This document shows positions 1 through 11,039 of a DNA stretch of 41,956 bases, one piece after another (position 1 is the first letter of the stretch; the number at the start of each line of letters is the position of its first letter). The position numbers and the translations under genes were made by a program. Below the pieces are notes generated by a model, which saw nothing but the letters and a program-made list of their open reading frames with translations, had not been told where the DNA came from and searched no databases. Source of the DNA: Octopus sinensis (Eukaryota); contig NW_021831975.1 of NCBI RefSeq assembly GCF_006345805.1, positions 1 through 41,956 of the forward strand, read 5' to 3'.

Positions 1-1025
1 ATACATATATACGATGGGCTAATTTCAGTTTCCGTCTACCAAATCCACTCACAAGGCTTGGTCGGCCCGGGGCTATAGCAGAAGACACTTGCCCAAGATG
101 CCACGCAGTGGGACTGAACCCGGAACCATGTGGCTGGTTAGCAAGCTACTTACCACACAGCCACTCCTATATACATATATACGATGGGCTAATTTCAGTT
201 TCCGTCTACCAAATCCACTCACAAGCATTGGTCGGCCCGGGGCTATAGCAAAGACACTTGCCCAAGATGCCACGCAGTGGGACTGAACCCGGAACCATGT
301 GGCTGGTTAGCAAGCTACACACACAGCCACTCCTATCTATATACATATATACGATGGGCTAATTTCAGTTTCGTCTACCAAATCCACTCACAAGGCATTG
401 GTCGGCCCGGGGCTATAGCAGAAGACACTTGCCCAAGATGCCACGCAGTGGGACTGAACCCGGAACCATGTGGCTGGTTAGCAAGCTACTTACCACACAG
501 CCACTCCTATATACATATATACGATGGGCTAATTTCAGTTTCCGTCTACCAAATCCACTCACAAGGCATTGGTCGGCCCGGGGCTATAGCAGAAGACACT
601 TGCCCAAGATGCCACGCAGTGGGACTGAACCCGGAACCATGTGGCTGGTTAGCAAGCTACTTACCACACAGCCACTCCTATATACATATATACGATGGGC
701 TAATTTCAGTTTCCGTCTACCAAATCCACTCACAAGGCATGGGGTCGGCCCGGGGCTATAGCAGAAGACACTTGCCCAGATGCCACGCAGTGGGACTGAA
801 CCCGAACCCATGTGGCTGGTTAGCAAGCTACTTACCACACAGCCACTCCTATATACATATATACGATGGGCTAATTTCAGTTTCGTCTACCAAATCCACT
901 CACAAGGCATTGGTCGGCCCGGGGCTATAGCAGAAGACACTTGCCCAAGATGCCACGCAGTGGGACTGAACCCGGAACCATGTGGTTGGTTAGCAAGCTA
1001 CTTACCACACAGCCACTCCTGCGCC
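1..1025 (-). repeat. Tandem array (about 6 x 170 bp, open at window start) of the 5' half of tRNA-type SINE family A
   Basis: Units restart at about 1, 171, 341, 511, 682 and 853. On the minus strand each carries A-box-like TGGCTGTGTGG and B-box-like GGTTCAGTCCC. The complete head GGCGCAGGAG is present only at 1025. Same sequence as dispersed copies at 7.5, 16.5, 20.6, 39.4 and 40.1 kb. Confidence 0.92.
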
Positions 1026-1205
1026 TATATACATGTATAAAAAACACAGACGGTAAAAATAGTAAAAATATATATGTGAATAAAAATACAGATATATAGA
1101 ATGGCCTATCAAAAAGTATATACAATTGACTAAGCGTGTCATGCTAAAAAAAAAATGTAAATAAAATAAGACAAAATACCATTTGACTAAAATTATTTTG
1201 TACTC

Positions 1206-1455
1206 GTAAAGTATAGAAGCCATCTTATCATGGCTAACCACATTGGGGAGGGGGTTGTTACTGTAGCTTTATAACCCCAAGAGATCTTCGTCTCTAGCTG
1301 GCTTTAGACACAATATCAGTGTCCTTGGAGTATTTGCAAAGGGAGGCCATCCCTTCCTCGCAAGCCTGAGTGATACGCTCGAACTAGTTTCGGGATTGTT
1401 GTCCCTCGTCATCCCCAATGTGGTTAGCCATGATAAGATGGCTTCTATAATTTAC
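1206..1455 (-). mobile_element. Penelope-like remnant with about 44 bp inverted repeats and a truncated hammerhead core
   Basis: 1206-1249 and 1412-1455 are near-perfect inverted copies. The minus strand at 1381-1414 reads TGACGA-GGGA caacaa TCCC-GAAA-CTAG-TT. 1255-1340 is homologous to part of the 10.1-11.0 kb repeat unit. Confidence 0.6.
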
Positions 1456-1613
1456 ATTATCGAGCGATTACTGTTTCAATCTCATTCTGAGTTTTAGTTA
1501 TGAATTTTGTACTCCCCTCACATAAAAGAGTTTGTCAAAAAAGTTCATTTCATAAAAACCATGGTAGGCTGAAGTCCAGGAGCAAAAAGAGTTTCAAAAA
1601 ATCAAGTCAAACA

Positions 1614-1697
1614 CTTCTATGGCCATTTCAGGAGTTCATTGCTGCAGTTCAAATACAGTTGAGGAGTATCTCAGTAATGGGCCCCCTCATCAGGATG
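1614..1697 (-). ncRNA. Degenerate type I hammerhead-like motif with long stem II
   Basis: Minus strand: CTGATGA, then gggggcccattactg...cagcaatgaactcct (stem II), GAAA, palindromic stem III ATGGCCAT, AUA site. Stem I is only partly paired. Confidence 0.5.
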
Positions 1698-1877
1698 AAC
1701 AGGAAATAAATCCTTAAAATCCTTAAAAATGTTTCAGCCCGAAGGCTGCGGCCATGCTGGGGCACCACCGTTGAATGAGCTACACTAGTATGTGAAACCA
1801 CCTCTGATACGTGGCACTTGATCAGCAAGGGAGTTCATCGCCTCTGCCCGCATCTGTGTTTCCTGCCAAGAGGTAGG

Positions 1878-2131
1878 TTCATCTGGGACCCACACATCTT
1901 TTTATCTTTTTGCAATTACCAGTTTCAGCCAGAAGTAAAGGCCTTGCTGGAGCACTGCCTTTTGGTGTGTTTGGGTTCCCTTTCTGCACTATTTTTGGTG
2001 AAGTAGCAAATTGGACAGAGCTGCTCTTGTGGGTTCATCAGGTATCTCAGATAAAAATTTGTGACCGCTTGGGAAACCTAGGTGCAGTAAGCATAGCACA
2101 TTGAAATAAAGAAATTTCATCTGGGACCCAC
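1878..2131 (-). mobile_element. Retroposon insertion bounded by a 16 bp target-site duplication
   Basis: TTCATCTGGGACCCAC at 1878-1893 and 2116-2131. A diverged SINE-A-type 3' tail motif (gtttcagcc...tgctggagcactgcc) lies near the left end. Confidence 0.65.
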
Positions 2132-2159
2132 GACAAGAAGAGATCCAGTTTAGTTTTAA

Positions 2160-2379
2160 CCCTTCAGTGTTCAGATTACTCTGTTAAATGTAATAATTTT
2201 TCACTCAAATTGTTTTGAATTAATCATACATTATCTTATAGGTTTGAGGTTTAAATGATGTGATTGTTTGTTTTTAGAATATCAATGTAGGTTAGGTGTG
2301 AGAGGCTAGATATGGCCAGTTTGAATGTAAAACATGTAGAATATCTGGGTCAGATATGGCCTGTTTAAACACTAAAGGG
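2160..2379. mobile_element. piggyBac-type non-autonomous element (MITE)
   Basis: TTAA at 2156-2159 and 2380-2383. Ends CCCTTCAGTGTTCAGA and TTTAAACACTAAAGGG form a 16 bp imperfect TIR (3 mismatches). Confidence 0.8.
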
Positions 2380-2580
2380 TTAAAGGAAATGCAAACAAAT
2401 TATTCGTTCAACGACGCATGGCTAATTTAAAGATAATAATCCATTATGAAATGAAGTTGTTTGACATACTCTTATGCATAAGCGGAGTAAGAAAATTATT
2501 TTCGTCAATTGATATTTTATTTTATTTTAATTAGATTTTTAGTAGCATGAAACCCTCTGTATTTTTTTATATATATATAA

Positions 2581-3089
2581 CTAGCAGTACATCGCCGGCG
2601 TTGCTCAGATTTGTAAGGGAAATAACTATATAAGCATTTTTAGAGAGTTACTTCCCTTATAGATGCCAATTCGGGCTTTCTTAGCCATTCTGTTTTGTGT
2701 CTTCAAGCCATGAAGTCGTTGTTCTAAAAGAACGCTGGTCTCCTTGACAACGCTTTACGACGTTGACTTCCTTACACTGCCTTCCCACAGCTTCACAGGG
2801 AGGGAAGAAGGGGGAGAAGCAAACAGGTGCAGGTGTGACATGGACGCCAACTCCGCCGCCATCGACACACGAAAAATTATGCATTAAAATGGAATAAAAA
2901 ATGATGTTAAATTATTTTTAAAATCGTAGACTCATCGTAGACGCGCGCTAATAGCCAGACGGGCTCGATATTAATCACGACTATAAGATACCTGAATTTG
3001 GTTAAACTGCACCGCAAAATGTGGGAGGAGTTAGGAATCTAAATCGAAGGGGACAGACACTCACACAACTACAGTTTTATATATATAGA
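2581..3089 (-). mobile_element. Non-autonomous Helitron
   Basis: Minus strand begins TC (3089) and ends CTAG (2581), inserted between A and T. A GC-rich subterminal hairpin-like segment (ctgagcaacgccgg) lies about 10 nt before CTAG. No TSD. Confidence 0.75.
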
Positions 3090-3292
3090 TTTACGTGTTT
3101 AAAAACCATGGTAATATTTATATATGATCAAATGTTTTGGAGGTATGGTGTTATATATAAAGTCATTGACTCGAATTCGATGTTTGTTTTATGATCAATA
3201 TTCTTTTTTATCTCTGTATAAATTACATTTGAGCACTTCTTTTTGCAGTCCTATAAACCCTTTTGTTTCCATAAAAAGAGACAAAAATTATT

Positions 3293-3305
3293 GTGTGTAT
3301 ATATA

Positions 3306-3345
<40 letters not shown>

Positions 3346-3550
3346 CATATATACATACATGTATATATATATATAGCATATACACCATACATGTATATAT
3401 TCATATATATGCATATGTATATATACATATATGTGCTTGTGTATATACATACATATATGTATGTATATATATATATGCATACAGATATATACATATATAC
3501 GTATATGTATGCATATATATATACATATATGTATATATATATATATACAT
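3293..3550. repeat. Degenerate (TA)n/(TACA)n microsatellite
   Basis: Seen directly; source of Y/I-rich ORFs. Confidence 0.95.
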
Positions 3551-3551
3551 A

Positions 3552-4104
3552 GTGGCTGCCCCCTCGTTATCGAGTATGGCCATTGCACGAAGCTTAATCA
3601 ATGTTGTTATCGTGCAATGTCTGTGCAAGAAGATTCTTTTTAAAGTGAGGAAAGGCTGTACACTGAGTCAATCCCACTCACTAAGCAACAGCAGCCATAA
3701 TCCGAAAAGAAGAACAAGTCAACATCATCGGTAACCACTGAGCCGCAGGTTTTATGTCGAAGTTATCCCAGTTACCTGAGTTACCTTCTCCTAGAAGGAT
3801 GGCCTAACAAAGGCTAGGAGTCCTTCACTCCCAACGGTTTAACCACGCAATTGGGTATTCAGTCCGATTATTGCTATGTCCCCATGCATGATACAGCCTT
3901 AAGGCATTTATTGGATGGCCGTTGACACTCAAGACTTCCTCTGCCCTTTGACGGGTTTTGTTTTTCATCCTGCAGGGTGTCCAATAAACACCCTCCTCAC
4001 CAAGCAAGCTTGGTGGGGTTGCTAGTTTAGTCGCCGACGACACGACCATGCAGCAGGTTGTGCTGGGTTACCTGATACCGGTAGCACTTGAAAGTGACCT
4101 GACA
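3552..4104 (-). mobile_element. Non-coding RTE-related retroposon embedded in (TA)n
   Basis: Complex 550 bp island between TA tracts. Its minus-strand 3' end (ggccatactcgataacgagggggcagcca) resembles RTE-clade 3' tails. No credible ORF. Confidence 0.5.
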
Positions 4105-4275
4105 TAAATATATATATATATATATATATACATAGACATATATATACATACATACATATATGTATAAATATATATACATATATGTATAGATATACATACA
4201 TATACATATATATATATGTACATACATGTGTATGTGTGTGTGTATATATATATATATATACATATACATACATAT

Positions 4276-4321
<46 letters not shown>

Positions 4322-4458
4322 TACATATGTGTATGAGTGTGTATATACATATATATAGATGTAGATACATATATGTGTATACATATATACACATATATAT
4401 ACATAGATGAAAATACATGCATGTATGTCTATACATATACATACATACATGTTATATA

Positions 4459-4490
<32 letters not shown>

Positions 4491-4491
4491 C

Positions 4492-4525
<34 letters not shown>

Positions 4526-4800
4526 GTATATACACATATCCAGAGAGAGATATATGCATGCATTTTATAGATATATATATAAATAGAAAGCCGTATAAAA
4601 GCCATTCCATAATTACTAGATACAGAGATATGCATATGATATGAAAATTCATATCTACATTTGCATGTGCTTATATGTCAGTACATCTATGCATGAGAGG
4701 GTGTATACACACACACACACACTCAAACAGACATACACACACCCACACACATATATAGATATGTATCTACATATATAAATATAATATATACACACACATG
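4105..4800. repeat. (TA)n/(CA)n-rich low-complexity tract
   Basis: Seen directly. Confidence 0.93.
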
Positions 4801-5114
4801 TACACCCTGAGAGGCACAAACACAGATATCTTTGATGGTGTGTATAGCTATGTACGGATTCAGAGCTGGATCTCAGACATATTTCCATAAAGGTTTATGT
4901 GCGTGCATGGTGTACTCAGCCATTTATGAAAATGGAAGTTATTCTTTCAAAGTAAGTTTATGAATACCAACGGAACGTTTCCTAATTAGGAGACGCAGTA
5001 CCGAGAGTAGCCCCAATTCATTTCAAATTTTGGCACAAGGCCACCAATTTCAAGGAAAAAGAAAAGTCGATTACAATGACCCCAGTGTTTATCTGGTACT
5101 TTATTTTATCGAGA

Positions 5115-6833
5115 GGCAGCGAGCTGGCAGAATCGTTAGCACGCCGGGCGAAATGCTTAGCGGTATTTCGTCTGCCGTTACATTCTGATTTCAAATTCCG
5201 CCGAGGTCAACTTTGCCTTTCATCCTTTCGGGGTCGATAAATTAAGTACCAGTTATGCACTGGGGTCGATGTAATCGACTTAATCCGTCTGACTGTCCTT
5301 CTTTGTCCCATCTATGTTTAGCCCCTTGTGGGTAATAAAGAAATAGGTATTTTGTCTGCTGTTACGTTCTGAGTTCAAATTCCGCCGAGGTCAACTTTGC
5401 CTTTCATCCTTTTGGGGTCGATAAATTAAGTACCAGTTATGCACTGGGGTCGATGTAATCGACTTAATCCGTCTGACTGTCCTTCTTTGTCCCATCTATG
5501 TTTAGCCCCTTGTGGGTAATAAAGAAATAGGTATTTTGTCTGCTGTTACGTTCTGAGTTCAAATTCCGCCGAGGTCAACTTTGCCTTTCATCTTTCGGGG
5601 TCGATAAATTAAGTACCAGTTATGCACTGGGGTCGATGTAATCGACTTAATCCGTCTGACTGTCCTTCTTTGTCCCATCTATGTTTAGCCCCTTGTGGGT
5701 AATAAAGAAATAGGTATTTTGTCTGCTGTTACGTTCTGAGTTCAAATTCCGCCGAGGTCAACTTTGCCTTTCATCCTTTCGGGGTCGATAAATTAAGTAC
5801 CAGTTATGCACTGGGGTCGATGTAATCGACTTAATCCGTCTGACTGTCCTTCTTTGTCCCATCTATGTTTAGCCCCTTGTGGGTAATAAAGAAATAGGTA
5901 TTTTGTCTGCTGTTACGTTCTGAGTTCAAATTCCGCCGAGGTCAACTTTGCCTTTCATCCTTTCGGGGTCGATAAATTAAGTACCAGTTATGCACTGGGG
6001 TCGATGTAATCGACTTAATCCGTCTGACTGTCCTTCTTTGTCCCATCTATGTTTAGCCCCTTGTGGGTAATAAAGAAATAGGTATTTTGTCTGCTGTTAC
6101 GTTCTGAGTTCAAATTCCGCCGAGGTCAACTTGCCTTTCATCCTTTTGGGGTCGATAAATTAAGTACCAGTTATGCACTGGGGTCGATGTAATCGACTTA
6201 ATCCGTCTGACTGTCCTTCTTGTCCCATCTATGTTTAGCCCCTTGTGGGTAATAAAGAAATAGGTATTTTGTCTGCTGTTACGTTCTGAGTTCAAATTCC
6301 GCCGAGGTCAACTTTGCCTTCATCCTTTCGGGGTCGATAAATTAAGTACCAGTTATGCACTGGGGTCGATGTAATCGACTTAATCCGTCTGACTGTCCTT
6401 CTTTGTCCCATCTATGTTTAGCCCCTTGTGGGTAATAAGAAATAGGTATTTTGTCTGCTGTTACGTTCTGAGTTCAAATTCCCCGAGGTCAACTTTGCCT
6501 TTCATCCTTTCGGGGTCGATAAATTAAGTACCAGTTATGCACTAGGGTCGATGTAATCGACTTAATCCGTCTGACTGTCCTTCTTTGTCCCATCTATGTT
6601 TAGCCCCTTGTGGGTAATAAAGAAATAGGTATTTTGTCTGCTGTTACGTTCTGAGTTCAAATTCCGCCGAGGTCAACTTTGCCTTTCATCCTTTTGGGGT
6701 CGATAAATTAAGTACCAGTTACGCACTGGGGTTGATATTATCAACTTAATCCATTTATCTGTCCTTGTTTGTCTTCTCTGTGTTTAGCCCCTTGTCGATC
6801 ATAAAGAAATAGGTATTTTGTCTGCCATTATGT
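5115..6833 (+). repeat. SINE family B head followed by a tandem array of 9 x about 184 bp units
   Basis: Head ggcagcgagctggcagaatcgttagc at 5115 occurs once. The unit start ggtattt recurs at 5162, 5346, 5530, 5713, 5897, 6081, 6263, 6445, 6628 and 6812. Each full unit has B-box GAGTTCAAATTCC. Confidence 0.93.
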
Positions 6834-7317
6834 TGGTATTACTTTTATCATCGTCAACCAGGCTCCAATCTTGATCTGGCAGAGTTTCTACAGCTGGATG
6901 CCCTTCCTAACGCCAACCACTCTGAGAGTGTAGTAGGCGTTTTTTACGTGCCACCTGCACAGGAGCAAGTCCAGCGGCACTGGCAACGAACCCTCAATAA
7001 GTCTTCGCAAGCAGAGTTTAGTGCCCACATGGATAAGAGAATTGTGTGGCTATCACAGTAAGCTCCTCCTGCGGCTTCGGCTATCAGCAAATGTAGTAGT
7101 TAATTACAATGCAAGGTAATGTAGAATGTGAAAGCAACTGAAAATCCATAAAATCCAGTGTGCACAACAATTTTGGTGAATGCATACATTCTTTAAACAA
7201 GGATTTCCACATGAAACCAATGGCAGCATAGTTATTGACAAATAAAGGCTACTATAGACAGATACACACATACATACATATCTACATATACATATATATA
7301 TATATATACATGTATAT

Positions 7318-7490
7318 CGTTAGCCACTACACACAATTTTTTCTCTCCTTGTTTTTTCTGTGTCCCTTTTTGTAGAAGAGCGTAGGCTCGAAACATAAAA
7401 GTCCTTTTCTATTCCTGAACTTTATACTAATACATCTGTTTGTTTTCTACACCACCTGTCTTCGTCTTTTGTTTTTTTGTAAACTCTTCC
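7318..7490 (+). mobile_element. TA-embedded Penelope-like terminal repeat remnant with a decayed hammerhead
   Basis: 7366-7401: cttt-TTGTAGA-A-gagc gtag gctc-GAAA-cata-aaag. Helices I and II are kept but the core is mutated. Same layout as 16250-16415 and 18565-18768. Confidence 0.45.
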
Positions 7491-7492
7491 TA

Positions 7493-7899
7493 TACTCTTA
7501 CTCTTTACTCTTTTACTTGTTTCAGTCATTTGACTGCGGCCATGCTGGAGCACCGCCTTTAGTCGAGCAAATCGACCCCGGGACTTATTGTTTGTAAGCC
7601 CAGTACTTATTCTATCGGTCTCTTTTGCCGAACCGCTAAGTGACGGGGACATAAACACACCAGCATCAGTTGTCATGCAATGCTAGAGGAACAAACACAG
7701 ACATATACACACACATACATATATATATACATATATACGACAGGCTTCTTTCAGTTTCCGTCTACCAAATCCACTCACAAGGCTTTGGTCGGCCCGGGCT
7801 ATAGCAGAAGACACTTGCCCAAGATGCCACGCAGTAGGACTGAACCCGGAACCATGTGGTTGGTTAGCAAGCTACTTACCACACAGCCACTCCTCCGCC
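7493..7899 (-). mobile_element. Full-length SINE family A
   Basis: tRNA-like head with A/B boxes, internal (TA)/(TG) tract, 3' tail ending GAAACAAGTAAAAGAGTAAAGAGTA. Confidence 0.92.
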
Positions 7900-8004
7900 T
7901 ATATATATATAGATATATATACATATGTATACATATATATACAGATATATATGTTTACATGTTTATACAGATATATATATATATATATATAAAAATATAC
8001 ATAC

Positions 8005-8050
<46 letters not shown>

Positions 8051-8339
8051 ACATATGTACATATATATATGCTGCTGCTATCAGTACCAATCATGACAAT
8101 ACCTCTCAACATAGACGTTTGAGTAGGAGGTGTTTAAATTTCAACAGGGTGGCAGATGACTTACTTAAATCCCTGGAGATGTGTATACACTCTGGTGTCA
8201 TTTGTCACTGAGAGTAGTGTAATATTATACTGACACACAGACAGAGATGCGCAAAATTACACCCACACATGTACATGATCATGTTTCCAAAGCAGTGGTT
8301 ATGCACGCAGTTCTACGCATTACATATATGTGCACACTG

Positions 8340-8393
8340 AACATATATATATATATACATGTATATATATTATATATATATGTATATATATAT

Positions 8394-8480
<87 letters not shown>

Positions 8481-9322
8481 ATGTAATAATATACATATAC
8501 ATACATAAATATATACATGCACACATGCATGCATATGTGTGTGTATATATACATATATATATATATACACATACACACATGCATGCATATGTGTGTATAT
8601 ATATATACATACATATTCTTTTCTTTTGTTTCAGCTGAAAGGCTGTGACCATGCTGGGGTACATGTATGTATGTATGTATGTATGTATGTGTACATGCAT
8701 GTATGTATGTATGTATTTATGTATGTATGTATGTATGTATGTATGTATGTATGTGTACATGCATGTATGTATGTATGTATGTATTTATGTATGTATGTAT
8801 GTATGTATGTATGTATGTATGTATGTATGTATGTATGTATGAATGTATGTATTTATGTATGTATGTATTTATGTATGTATGTATGTATGTATTTATGTAT
8901 GTATGTATGTATGTATGTATGTATGTATGCATTTGTGTGCCTACACATACATATATATGCAATGTAATACAATATAAAATATTCTGCACTATATGCATGT
9001 ACATATATATATCTGAGATATATACACAGACACACATTTCTACAAATACATATATGTATGTATATCAATATATGTATAAATTCAAGTGTGTATGTGCGTG
9101 TGTGTATATATGTATACATATATGTGGGTGTGTATATATATATATATATATACACACATACACACTTGTATACAAACACAAAAGTAGACACTTATATACA
9201 CACAAATAAACACCCACATGCATAGGCAGTATAATACAATATATTTCATACACTATAAAATGTATATACATATCTACATACATATATATATGCACAATGT
9301 GTATATACATATATACATAGTT

Positions 9323-9356
<34 letters not shown>

Positions 9357-9369
9357 CACACAAATATAC

Positions 9370-9432
<63 letters not shown>

Positions 9433-9560
9433 GACTCATACAAACATAAATTCTTTTTGCAGGCCATGAAAGAATGTAAGGCTCTCTCTTACAGAAAAAA
9501 TATACATTCGCTTCAATACATAACACTATAGATTATATATATATATATATATATGTATGT
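8340..9560. repeat. Compound (TA)n, (TATG)n and (CA)n microsatellite block
   Basis: Seen directly; (TATG)n at about 8663-8930. Confidence 0.95.
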
Positions 9561-10390
9561 ATATATATGCATGCACATACCTATATGTATATATTCATTT
9601 TTTAACAAAGAATATAATACAATATAGAATATATAGTTATTTATTTAGTAAAGAATGGAAGCCAGGCAATTGTGTAGTTTCAATACATCGAAATTTTTAT
9701 AGTCATGAATAAAAACATGCATCGTAGTATATATACATATATACATAAAAATATATAATTTTGAGCGTTGCTTTATTACATGTCTTTGAGAAAAAAACTG
9801 ATGTATTGAGAGATTTGTATGAATATCAGATATTCATCCTTTCATAAATAGACACGTGTGCGTATATATATGTGTATACGTGTGCATGTGTATATGTATA
9901 CTCACATACGTATGTGCATACATACATATGGACAGTCAAACACACATATATATATACACATATATAAATAATTTATGTTTCTGGTGGTCAACAGAAGTAC
10001 TCCATCCATTGAGAAATAAATATCATTTGATATACTCTTTTACTCTTTTACTTGTTTCAGTCATTTGACTGTGGCCATGCTGGAGCACCACCTTTTAGTT
10101 GAGCAAATCGACCCCCACTTGTTCGAAAATATAAGGACACACATCGTGTCGTATAGCCATCTGGAGACGATGTCTCCTGGGGCTAAATTACAGCAACATT
10201 CGTCCTAAACCAGGACTGCCATGTTATGTTGGCAAACAATCTTTACTCCAAAGTACTGTTGCTGAATATCTCTCATTGTGAAATTTACAAATAGTAATTT
10301 TCTAATTTATAGATCAGTGACTAGTTGTCGTTTTGAAAACTATATATTAAAACGGGAATTTGGTAGCGCCACCTCTAGCCGAACAATTAT

Positions 10391-10434
10391 TCTGTGCTGA
10401 TGAAGGGAAATAACCGGAAATCGTGATACACAGA
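10391..10434 (+). ncRNA. Minimal type I hammerhead ribozyme motif (copy 1)
   Basis: Stem I TCTGTG/CACAGA; CTGATGA; stem II agggaaataaccg; GAAA; stem III ATC gt GAT; predicted cleavage after AUA at 10428. Confidence 0.65.
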
Positions 10435-10741
10435 TATTGTTTTGAGCTGAGTGGGGGTGCTAGATTCCTTTGTTCGAAAATATAAGGACACAGATCGTGC
10501 TGTATAGCCAGCTGGAGATGATGTTGCCTGGGGCTAAATTACAGCAACATTCGTCCTAACCAGGACTGTCATGTTATGTTGGCAAACAATCTTTACTCCA
10601 AAGTACTGTTGCTGAATATCTCTCATTGTGAAATTTACAAATAGTAATTTTCTAATTTATAGATCAGTGACTAGTTGTCGTTTTGAAAACTATATATTTA
10701 AAACGGGAATTTGGTAGCGCCACCTCTAGCCGAACAATTAT

Positions 10742-10786
10742 TCTGTGCTGATGAAGGGAAATAACCCGGAAATCGTGATACACAGA
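10742..10786 (+). ncRNA. Minimal type I hammerhead ribozyme motif (copy 2)
   Basis: Stem I TCTGTG/CACAGA; CTGATGA; a-GGG aaataa CCC-g; GAAA; ATC gt GAT; predicted cleavage after 10780. Confidence 0.7.
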
Positions 10787-11039
10787 TATTGTTTTGAGCT
10801 GAGTGGGGGTGCTAGATTCCTTTGTTCGAAAATATAAGGACACAGATCGTGCTGTATAGCCAGCTGGAGATGATGTCTCCTGGGGCTAAATTACAGCAAC
10901 ATTCGTCCTAAACCAGGACTGTCATGTTATGTTGGCAAACAATCTTTACTCCAAAGTACTGTTGCTGAATATCTCATGTTGTGAGATTTGGAAATAGTAT
11001 TTTTCTAAGTTAGTTTGCATGTATGACAAAAATGACAAT

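Larger units (their letters stand above)
10119..11005 (+). mobile_element. Tandem 351-352 bp repeat (2.5 units) with one hammerhead motif per complete unit; retrozyme or Penelope pseudo-LTR-like
   Basis: Unit start ttgttcgaaaatataaggacac at 10119, 10470 and 10822. Hammerhead cores at 10391-10434 and 10742-10786. Confidence 0.8.

Noticed and set aside
73-1040. Repeating ORFs in the 170 bp array
   Set aside because: Translations of a SINE; frames shift between units.
5162-5345. Ribozyme in the 184 bp or 170 bp SINE array units
   Set aside because: Only small hairpins such as GTCGAT gta ATCGAC; I saw no hammerhead core on either strand.
1-6833. CRISPR-like interpretation of the tandem arrays
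   Set aside because: No unique spacers, no cas genes, eukaryotic context.
8165-8207. Possible 43 nt minus-strand exon (cag|...|gtaagt) reading TNDTRVYTHLQGF
   Set aside because: Weak polypyrimidine tract, phase does not match the phase-0 donor at 21760, and only a superficial likeness to the PTP YDHSRV motif.
3124-9526. Many YI/MYVC-rich ORFs (also at 15-20 kb and 30.7-32.3 kb)
   Set aside because: Stop-free translations of (TA)n, (TATG)n and (TG)n.
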